Below, in pieces: positions 1 through 11,308 of a stretch of 64,000 nt of DNA. The stretch comes from Octopus sinensis. Its lineage: Eukaryota. The stretch spans positions 15,996,001 through 16,060,000 of the forward strand of contig NC_043000.1 in assembly GCF_006345805.1 (NCBI RefSeq), in the 5' to 3' direction. Every line of letters begins with the position of its first letter. The first letter of the stretch is position 1. The position numbers and the translations under genes were made by a program. The notes beneath the pieces were generated by a model, which was not told the DNA's origin, searched no databases, and saw only the letters and a list, made by a program, of their open reading frames with translations.

Positions 1-270
1 GTAGGCGGAAACTGAAAGAAGCCCGTCGTATATATGTACATATATGTATATATGTGTGTGTGTGTGTTTGTCCCCCTAGCATTGCTTGACAACCAATGCT
101 GGTGTGTTTACGTACCCGTCACTTAGCGGTTCGGCAAAAGAGACCGATAGAATAAGTACTGGGCTTACAAAGAATAAGTCCCGGGATCGATTTGCTCGAC
201 TAAAGGCGGTGCTCCAGCATGGCCGCAGTCAAATGACTGAAACAAGTAAAAGAGTAAAAGAGTAAAAAGA
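1..270 (+). mobile_element. tRNA-derived SINE family A, 3' part
   Basis: Same body and tail (ggtgctccagcatggccgcagtcaaatgactgaaacaagtaaaagag) as the full copies at 17537 and 56861. Confidence 0.8.
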
Positions 271-447
271 ATAACGTTTCCCCCATCATCATCATCATCA
301 TCATCAGAATATGCTCCCTCGTACTACCACCATCACCATGTTTCCCAATCACCTACCCCACCACCACCATTTCTACAACACGTTCACTACCAATTAAAAT
401 ACCATTTTACAACAGAAGAGACAAAACCAGAGACAGCCCCTACATAC

Positions 448-767
448 CTGAAACACTTGTCTCCATATTGACATGGAACTCTTTCTTTTTTCTCGGGTCC
501 AGCTTTCTTGCTTGAATCCTCTTCCTCTTCTTCCTCCTCCACCTCTTCCTCTTCTCCTTCTTCCTCTTCCTCCTCTTCTTCTCCTTCCTCCTCCTCTTTT
601 TGTGCTCGAGCCGCAGCCCTTCTTCGACTCGGTCTAGGAATGTATGAGTCCAGCTCTTCGTCAGAATCTTCGTCACAGTTCCTTCGCCTTCGTCGTTTTC
701 GTCCTACACTCTTTCCAGGGCCTCTTGGTTTCAGCGACAATTTCTTTGGACTGCCCCGACCTTTACC
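448..767 (-). CDS. APLF: APLF exon, basic tract + poly-Glu + first half of PBZ finger (...KKERVPCQYGDKCFR)
   Basis: 320 nt, acceptor gattttgtag, donor gtatgt, phase 0/2; C-x5-C of a PBZ finger, with the His ligands expected in the next exon off-window. Confidence 0.9.
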
Positions 768-3700
768 CTACAAAATCAAGGACAATAGAATTATTTTCTT
801 AATAGAAACAGAAAGGAACGGGGGAAGAATCAACAAACTTCTGGATTATTAGATGCTTATCAAACCAAAGAGGGAGACTCTAAGTGGTTGCTTAGCCTGC
901 TAAAAATAGCAGCAGACATCTCCCTGAATCACACTCATCTTAACATAAACTTTTCCATGCTCGCATGGGTCAGACAGAATTTGTAGATGTAAATTTTCTT
1001 GTCAGTTTCCAAGCAAGGCCAGACATACTTTCCACAGAAAGCTGGAAATGACTGACACTGTGTAACAGTGGTACTCATTTACAACTTTCATGTCATATCA
1101 AAACAAAGAGACAGAAACACACACGCACACACACACACATTACATTTTCTATCAACAAAATCCACTCACAAGGTTTTGCTCAGCTCAGTGGGGGTCATGC
1201 AGTAGGATTGAACCCCAAACTATCTGGTTGGAAAGCTAACTTCTTAACCACATATATTTCTTTACTACCCACAAGGGGCTAAACATAGAGGGGACAAACA
1301 AAGACAGACAAACGGATTAAGTCGATTACATCGACCCCAGTGCGAAACTGGTACTTAATTTATCGACCCCGAAAGGATGAAAGGCAAAGTCGACCTCGGC
1401 GGAATTTGAACTCAGAATGTAACGACAGACGAAATACGGCTACGCATTTCGCCCGGCGTGCTAACGTTTCTGCCAGCTCGCCTGTACCTTTTCACAAAGT
1501 CCCTCCCATACCAAAAAAAAATACAAAACATATAACATAGTCTGGTATATATTGTGCTTGAACATACAAGATGGTAATGGGTGAAATAGCTCTGATCAAG
1601 TGAAGCTATGGTGGTCTGCTTGATCAGAATTAAACAACAACTCAATGCTTATCATCCAGTTCCACAAACCACCAGTGTTCAGATTATTCTATCAGACATA
1701 ATGCTTATTGATTCCTATTGATTTGAATTAATCATGCATTATCTCATATCTTCAAGATCTTGATGGTGTAATCACTTAATGTAGAATAACATTGTAGGGT
1801 AGGTGTGAGAGCCTGGATCTGGTCAGTTTGAACATAAAACAGATTAACTATTTTGGCCGGATATGGCCGGTTTAAATACTAAAGGGTTAAGCTGGAAACC
1901 TAAACTCATCAAGATGAGAGATTAGAAACCCAGAACTGACTGTATGTAAGTTCCAATCCAATATTCTGAGTAAATGATTTTAACCCTTTAGCGTTTAAAC
2001 TGGCCAGGTCCAGCCTCTCCCACCTGTCCTACAATGCCATTCAAAAAAATAAACAATCAAGTCACTGAACCCTCGAATCTATGAGATAATGCATGATTAA
2101 TTCAAGCGCCGCTTCGACTGGCTTCCGTGTCGGTGGCACGTAAAAAGCACCATCCGAATCGTGGCCGAAGCCAGTGCCGCCTCGACTGGCTTCCGTGCAG
2201 GTGGCATGTAAAATGCACCAATCCGACCGTGGCCGATGCCAGCCTCGCCTGGCACCAGTGCGGGTGGCACGTAAAAAGCACCCACTACACTCACGGAGTG
2301 GTTGGCGTTAAGAAGGGCATCCAGCTGTAGAAACATTGCCAGATAAGACCGGAGCCTGGTGCAGCCTTCTGGCTTCCCAGATCCCCGGTCAAACCGTCCA
2401 ACCCATGCTAGCATGGAGAACGGACGTTAAATGATGATGATGATGATGATGATGAATGTGAATAAAGAAGCATTACATTTGACCGAGTGGTCTGAATACT
2501 AAAAGGTCAAACTCCTTGAGCACTCTGACAAACTGACCATTACTGTCTTCACACTTAGATTCAAGTAAATGCATCACTGTGAATGTAAATGTGTATAAAT
2601 ATATGTGTTAATGCCTGAGTATATGTTTAACCTTTCAGCATTTAAACCAGCTATATTCAGCCTAAATGTTCTATCATCATCATCATCATCGTTTAACGTC
2701 CGTTTTCCGCGCTAGCACGGGTTGGACGGTTTGACTGGAGTCTGGGAAGCCAGGGCTGCACCAGGCTCCAGTCTGATCTGGCAGTGTTTCTACAGCTGGA
2801 TGCCCTTCCTAACGCCAACCACTCCGCGAGTGTAGTGGGTGCTTTTTACGTGCCACCTGCACAGGTGCCAGGGGGGGGTCTGGCATCGGCCACGATTGGT
2901 TGGTGCTTTTAACGTGCCACCGGCACGGAAGCCAGCCAAGGCGGCGCTGGCATCGGCCACGTTCGGATGGTGCTTTTTATGTGCCACCGGCATAGAAGCC
3001 AGTCGAGGTGGAGCTGGCAACGGCCACGTTCGGATGGTGCTTTTTATGTGCCACCGGCACAGAAGCCAGTCGAGGCGGCGCTGGCAACGGCCACGTTCGG
3101 ATGGTGCTTTTTATGTCCCACCGACACAGGTATCACAACTACTGTTTCCATTGATATTTTATGTTCAAACTGGCCAGATCTAGACTCTCGCACCTACCCT
3201 ACAATGTCATTCTAAAAATCAACAATCACATCATTGAAATCTACATGGTAATATCTGATTAATTCAAAACAATATGAATAAATAAGCATTACATTTGACA
3301 GAACAATCTGAATGCTAGCGGGTTAAGTATTTACAGTATTAGAGTTTTGGTTTGTATATATGTGTGTGTGTGTGTATCTTTATATATAAAAGTCAAGTTG
3401 TGTGTCTGTCTCCTACGATTTAGATTCCTAACTACTCCCACATTTTGCGGTGCAGTTTAACCAAAACCGGGTATCTTATAGTCGTGATTCATATCGAGCC
3501 CTTCTGGGTATTAGCGCGCGTCTACAATGAGTCTACAATTTTGAAAAAAATTTACCATCATTTTTTTCCCCATTTTTAATGCATCTTTTTGTTATTTTTT
3601 GGCTATAACTCTCTAAAAATGCTTATATAGTTATTTCCCTTACAAACCCGAGCAACGCCGGGCGATACTGCTAGTATATATATAAATATACAAGGTCTGA

Positions 3701-6700
3701 TCAATAAGTATCGAGATTGTTACCATAGTAATGAAGCTAAACCACATGGAGTGAAGCCGTTTGGCACAGATTGACCTTGAATTCTGCTGTGCATGCGCAC
3801 TAAATTTTAACGTTCTAGCTCACTTCTGCTGTTTACAGCAGTGTTTGAAATGATCATGTGTAGCATGAGATTGTTGCATTGACCATAACAGAGAAAGTTG
3901 TCATGGTGATACCTGCTCAGAGGCCTACACAATGTTGCAGAAAGTGTATGGAGAGGAGTGTATGAGCCGCACACAAGTGTACGAGTAGTTCTGGTGTTTC
4001 CAAGATGTCCAAAAAAAAAATGTCCATACTGTCGTACATTCTGGGAGACACACAACCAGCAGAACTGAGAAAAATATTGCAGATATGCATGCAGCTGTGA
4101 GGGGGAAATTGTCGAATCAGCATCTGCGAGTTATCAGAAGATGTGCAATTAGTTACGGTTCAATTCAATCCATTATCATTGGAGATTTGGGTATGAGATG
4201 CATGTCTGCCAAGTTTGTGCCAAAACTGTCTTCAGCTGACCAAAAAGACACTCGGGTTTTAGTTGCACAAGATCTCCTTGATTGTGTCAAGAACGATGAC
4301 AACATTTTGAAAATTTTGCGTAGGTCTCTGAGCAGGTATCGCCAAACTTTCGGCAAGATTTAATGCAGATTTTCTGCTCAACTTTTTCTGTCATGTTCAA
4401 TGCGACAATCACACGCTACACACGTTCCTTCCAAGCACTGCTGTAAACAGCTGAAATAAGCTAGAACGTTAAAACTTAGTGCGTATGCACAGCAGAGTTT
4501 CAGGTCAATCTGTGCCAAGTGGCTTTACCCTGTGTGCTTTAGCTTCGTTTCTATGGCAACAGTCCAGATAATTATTGATCAGACCATATATATATACATG
4601 AACTGTTGGTTCAAGCATTATCCTTGTGAACTCAAGCATGATAGACTACACCACTCCCCAAAACCCTGGCCAGCTACAAATTTTATACTGGACTAGACAC
4701 ATAATCTAATAACCCTAATCCTAACTCTAACCCTAACAGAGTCACTGGCATTAAGAACAAGTATTGCTTAGTTTATCCAACTTACACCATGGGGAAGATA
4801 GAAATATGAAAATGAATGAATAAAATAAACCAACAAATTTCCATGTGGAGACACTTACTCGTCCTCGACTTGTGCCTCTCTTCTTTTCCCAGTCACTGCC
4901 TGAATCATCATCATCCCAAGCAATAAAGTCTTCATCGTTTTCATCATCATCATCATCTTCCTTATATGTCCTGCGCCGATATCTTAGATCATCATCACTG
5001 TATTCATCTCCAATAACGAAGTCATCAACTGAAATAAAAAATAAATTGTAAAAGGCAATGGTAATGCAATAATAGTGTAGGACTGTTGTTGCTATTTTGG
5101 GTGAAGATAAATAAATAATGAAATTATTGTATACAGTGCTCAGGTGCACCACAACTTGTCAGAAAGTGCATATAAAGTACATGCAGTAATGTAGAAATGT
5201 CTGGAAAGCGAACAGTGTATGAGTCAGATACATGCTTGTGTGTGTATGGAGGGGAGAAAATCAAGTGCAGTGTTGGCGAATCTCAGGAAGCATGGAAGTT
5301 TTGAAGGATGCAGTGCTCCGACAACTAACAACTGATGCCGGCAGTTTGTTCCATGCTTCAGCAACTCTCAGCATGAAAAAATGTTTCCTGAAGTCATGGG
5401 AGCTCTGCTGTTTTCTTACTTTGTAAATATGTCCACGGGTGTTAGATGGGTGGAGTTTGAAAAGATGCTCAGAGTTATTGTTTGTAAGACAAGTCTTCCA
5501 TAGATAGAGTTGAAGTCAGAAGTCTTGGCCAACAAGTTACAGGTTTTTTTTTTATAGCTAATTACTGTATTTGATGGCAAATAAGATGCATTTTTTCCAA
5601 AAAGAGTCTCTAAATATCACCCTGGGACCTATATGTGAACTTGGACCTCCCATAAGCTTTAATGCATACAAATTTTTTTCTTGAATATACACTGCTGAAA
5701 TCAGAGTGCATTTCTGATCCCCATGCATCTTTTATGGCTTCAAATATATGGAATCAATACTATTTTAATACATACGATCTAAGACTTTAATTTCATCATC
5801 AATTTACCATTTTGGCACATAAAAAGCACCATCCGAACGTGGACGATGCCAGCACCGCTCCGACTGGCTTCTGTGCTGGTGGCACATAAAAAGCACCATC
5901 CGAACGTTGCCAGCGCCGCCTCGGCTGGCTTCCGTGCCGCTGGTACGTTAAAAGCTCCTACCGATCGTGGCCGATGCCGGACCCCCCCCTGGCACCTGTG
6001 CGGGTGGCACGTAAAAAGCACCCACTACACTCACGGAGTGGTTGGCATGAGGAAGGGCATCCAGCCGTAGAAACTCTGCCAGATCAGACTGGAGCCTGGA
6101 GCAGCCCCTGGCTTCCCAGACCCCGGTCGAAACGTCCAACCCGTGCTAGCGCGGAAAACGGACGTTAAATGATGATGATGATGAATTTCTAGCAGGAACA
6201 AAAGCTACTGGAACCCTGCCCCAATACCCTACGTCATCCTAAAACCCTATTTTTCTCACCCTATCTTGAGAAACACAAACAACACATAAACATAAAAACA
6301 GCTGCAATATAAATTGCCTAACTCTTGTGAATCACCATGAAAGGGAAAGATACCTATTTCTTAACTACCCACAAGGGGCTAAACACAGAGGGGACAAACA
6401 AGGACAAACAAACGGATTAAGTCGATTACATCGACTGCAGTGCGTAACTGGTACTTAATTTATCGACCCCGAAAGGATGAAAGGCAAAGTTGACCTTGGC
6501 GGAATTTGAACTCAGAACGTAACAGCAGACGAAATACAGCTATGTATTTCGCCCGGCGTGCTAACGTTTCTGCCAGATCACCACCTTTCACCATGAAAGG
6601 GAAAGATACCACCAGAAACAAGTACAAGAGACTGTGCTCTGACCATGTTGGTTCCTGCTACCACTGTGCTCACCACCAGACAGACAAAAATAGACTACAA

Positions 6701-9700
6701 TGTGAAGGAAACATGTCCAGACTGCTACACTGCATTCTACAAAATATACTGCTTCACATGAAAATATATAGTTTAAAGCTTAGCTACATAAAAATATGCC
6801 ATGTCTGACTGACTACCTTGAGCAGGGATTGTGGGATAGAGGCCACTACACAACAACTACCTGAATACAACAACCGCCAAATCTGTTATTTTATACACTT
6901 CATATATCTTTCATTACTTTGATGAGGAACCTGATTAACTCAAGTTATTTTGGCGCCTTAAGAGGATCTGAAACACAAATGTTTCTGTTTACTATGGTGA
7001 ACTGAAATACGCACAGAACATACCTTAGCTAGACTCGAGTATTGAGACTCAAGTATTTCAACTATTAACGTACTACAGAGATGGTGACAGGCTTCAAACC
7101 ACTAAACAGCACAGCTACACACACACACACACACTAACATAATGAAGATTCCTGGTAGTCCTGTAGACAAAACATATGCTTCTATATATAACTACTATAT
7201 ACAAATAGATACAAAGGGAACCAATTTACCAATTATATAGCCTGTCAACTATCTTACTTTCTTTTCTGGTCATTATTGTTAAACCACAAATCAACCCTGA
7301 TTGAGCAAATCAATGATCAAAAGCAATCAAATTTTGACCATCTTAGTTTTTTTTTACCAGTGTGTAAGACTACATAGTGTTAATATAGTCTTAATCAGGA
7401 TCGTAAATGTGTGGTTTAAGAGACATTCAGCTGCCGTTTCCAGCAGGCTGAATGACAGCATAGAGGCTCCCATTGTTTGCTCATCTCACATAGATGAGGG
7501 TCTGCACATACACACACACTATGCTCAAACAACAATAAAGACTGTTCAGATACTTTTATAATATTTGGTGTTTTCAGTTCTTGAAAAGCAAACTAGATTT
7601 ACCATAACTGTTTCTCTTTGCTGCAGCTGCTCTTGATGGCCGTCGAGCAGGTGGAGATGATTCACTACTCCCAGCTTCTTCTACCTCTGCTTTCGCCGCA
7701 CGCCTCCGTCTCTTTGGCGTTTTCACCTCATCTATATCCTCATCAGACTCTACATATTTTGGCTTGTTTTTCTTTGGAGGTCGACCACGTCCTGAGTCAG
7801 AACAAAAACAAATAGATACACATATTTAAATTTGTTATTGCTTATAATGTTTTACTTTGAGTAAAACCCTGACTAAACAGATCTACGTTCAAAGATATTA
7901 CAGCCATAATGTCAGAATGAGTGTGATGGATTTTGTTGGAACGTCTTTTTTTTTTTTTGAAGGGGAGGGGATTTTTCTAACAGCTGGACATCTCTCCTAC
8001 TGTTAACTACTCAACTATGAAACCTATTACATGTTCAAACGGGTTAACTGGAGAAAACAGAGTTATGTACCTTGCTCGAAGTCACAACACAGTTACGTTA
8101 GGATTCCTGATCAAGTCCAGAGCCTTAAGCAAACAATGGGCCTTGCAATTTTTTTTTTCTTTTAAATATAGTATTTCTAAAAGTGGATGGTTTACACAGC
8201 ATACATAGGTAATAGAATTCAAACAACAAAGGAGAATTTATACATTAAGAATGACATTCTGTTGGACAGTAACAGAGATGTTAGACCTGTTGAAACATAA
8301 TTGGCAGTAGAATGCGTTCATTAGTTTCTCAATAAAAAGGTTACCCATCAGTGTAATATGACAGTTTTTGTTTTTGTTATCCCACCTGTTGCTTGTCTGA
8401 GGTGAGGCATGTTGAAGGAAACATGTATTGAGAGATTAATACATTGGAGTCATCATCATCATCGTCGTTTAACATCCGTTTTCCATGCTAGCATGGGTTG
8501 GAAGATTTGACTGAGGGCTGGCGAACCAGATGGCTGCACCAGGCTCCAATCTTGATCTGGCAGAGTTTCTACTGCTGGATGCCCTTCCTAACGCCAACCA
8601 CTCCGAGAGTGTAGTGGGTGCTTTTACGTGCCACTGGCACGGGGGCCAGTCAGGCAGTACTGGCAATGACCTCGCTTGAATTTTTTTACACATGTCACCA
8701 GCACAGGTGCCAGTAAAGCGATGCTGGTAACGATCACACTCGAATGGTGCCTTTTACGTACCACCAGCACAGAAGCCAGTTAACCACTCTGGCACAGGGC
8801 TCAAGCGCCAGGAGGAGAAAATACTTATTACACATTATTTCCAATGCTTACAATGAGGAATTGTACAAAAGTACAAGGGAATGCTGAAAAGTTCCTGACT
8901 TAAAGAAAATATAGGCAGATCAGTTAATTATGATTTTATTCAACATATTACCCCTCTCAGATTCATTCACTGATTGCAGTGGCCCTTCAGCTTTTCTAAG
9001 CCCCGTAAAAGAACTCAGAAGGTTGGACCTCCAACCAAACCTTTTGCAATACCCTTAAAACCAGGAACTTTTCAGCACCTCCTTGTACTTATAGCTAGAT
9101 GGGGTCAGCCAGCAAGAGCCAAGTAAGTGATTTTAGTAATAAATAATACACAGTTCCAGTGCTGGCATGTAAAATGTTTACACTTATGGCTTGTCAAAAA
9201 ACATCCTGCTATATCAGTCAGCTCAACTTATTTCTATTTTATATAAATTTCATGAAGTGTTATCAAAGCTATTATGAGATAAACAGGAAGTCACATGTCA
9301 CTGCTTTAGTTTCCTCCTTTTGGAATCGACATCATCATCATCATCGACGTTTAACGTACGTTATCCATGCTAGCATGGGTTGGACGGTTCGACCAGGGTC
9401 TGGGAAGCCAGGACGCTGCACCAGGCTCCAGTCTGATCTGGCAGTGTTTTTATAGCTGGATGCCCTTCCTAATGCCAACCACTCCGTGAGTGTAGTGGGT
9501 GCTTTTTACGTGCCAGGGGAGACTGGCAACGGCCATGATCGGTTGGTGCTTTTTACATGCCACCGGCACAGAAGCCAGTCAAGGTGGTGCTGGCATCGAC
9601 CATGTACAGATGGTGCTTTTTACATGCCACCAGCACAGATGCCAGGGGAGGCTAGCAACGGCCACAATCGGTTGGTGGTTTTTACATGTCACCGACACGG

Positions 9701-11272
9701 AAGCCAGTCAAGGCGGCGCTGGCATTGGCCACATATGGATGGTGCTTTTTAGGTGCCAGAGGAGGCTGGCAATGGCCACAATTGGTTGGTACTTTTTACA
9801 TGCCATTGGCACGGAAGCCAGTCAAGTCACATCTCATGTGAATTACAGAGTCAGTGTTCAAAACTCACTGAGCTACTAGGACAACACTAAAAACTTCCTC
9901 TTCGTGTAGTGTTTCAAAAGATACACTGAAATGGGGTTTCACATTGGCTTCTCCAAACCAAACTGAAGGTTTTGAACCAGCAATTCTAGTCAACAACCAA
10001 AACACTCATCAATCATACAACCCCCTTGATGCATGCAGATAATTCCAGTTGGTCCAATCAATGTAACAACCTGCTTGTGAAATTAACGAGCAAGTGGTTG
10101 AGTACTCCACAGACGCACATACCTTTAATGTAGTTCCCAGGGAGATTCAGTGTGACACATTCTGTCGCACTTTTTTACCAGCTGAGTGGACTGGAGTGAC
10201 ATGAAATAAAGTGTCTTGCTCAAGGACACAACATGCCACATCATCATCATCATCATCATCATCGTTTAACGTCCGCTTTCCATGTTAGCATGGGTTGGGC
10301 GATTTGACTGAGGTCTGGCGAACCAGATGGCTGCACCAAGCTCCAATCTGACCTGGCAGAGTTTCTACAGCTGGATGCCCTTCCTAATGCCAACCACTCC
10401 GAGAGTGTAGTGGGTGCTTTTACGTGCCACCGGCATGAGGGCCAGTCAGGTGGTACTGGCAACGGCCACACTCAAATGGTGCTTTTTATGTACCACCTGC
10501 TCAGGAGCCAGTCCAGTGGCACTGGTAACGACTTCGCTCGAATGTTTTTTTCACATGGCACCAGCACAAGTGCCAGTAAGGCGACACAAGTAACGATCAC
10601 GCTCGAATGTTATTTTTTACGTGCCATCGGCATGGAGGCCAGCTTGTCGCTCTGGCAACGATCACGCTCGTACGGTACTCTTAGCATTTCACTATCATGG
10701 ATGCCAGTCATCGAATTTGATTTCAATTTCGATTTCACTTGCCTCAGAAATCAAATTCATGCCCTTACAACTGTGAGCCGAATACCCCAACCACTAAATC
10801 ACATGTGGCTTACTGGTTATGGTTGACTTTATTTCATGTTGCTCCAGTTCACTCAGCTGGCAAAAATGAGTTGTACCTGTATTTCAAAGGGCCAGCCTTG
10901 TCACACTTGTGTCATGCTGAATCTCCCCGAGAACTATGTTAAGGGTATGTGTGTCTGCAGAGTGCTCAGCCACTTGCAAATTCATTTCACAAGCGGGCTG
11001 TTCCGTTGATCAAACCAATTGGAACTCTCATTATTGTAACCATTGCAGTGCCAGTTTCTTTTCTTTCTCTCTCTTTTTTTTTTGTTTTTGTCTTTTTTGA
11101 TACATCTCTTCACAACAATAATTTACATTATTTACATTTGACAGATATTTGTCCTCATCTTGTTTGTTGTTAACACAACATTTCGACTGATATACCCTCC
11201 AGCCTTCATCAGGTGTCTTGGGGAAATTTCGAATCTGGGTTCTCATTCCTAAGGTATTTTTTGATGTTACTG

Positions 11273-11308
<36 letters not shown>

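Noticed and set aside
508-852. 114-aa poly-Ser ORF on the plus strand
   Set aside because: It is the antisense shadow of the poly-Glu APLF exon.
2097-2414. Recurrent ORFs starting MLAWVGRFDRGSGKPEGCTRLQS... (also 15638, 23695, 26329, 46305), resembling a multi-copy small-protein family
   Set aside because: They are antisense translations of the family C LINE 3' UTR; frames and stops differ between copies and there are no consistent splice signals.
2839-3130. CRISPR-like look of the repeated gcacgtaaaaagcaccatcc units
   Set aside because: The intervening sequences are homologous rather than unique spacers, the units belong to a retroelement UTR, no cas genes are present, and the context is eukaryotic.
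6600-6810. Cys/His-rich 100-aa ORF 6506..6808 as a zinc finger
   Set aside because: It starts within a SINE and has no coherent ligand spacing or splice support.
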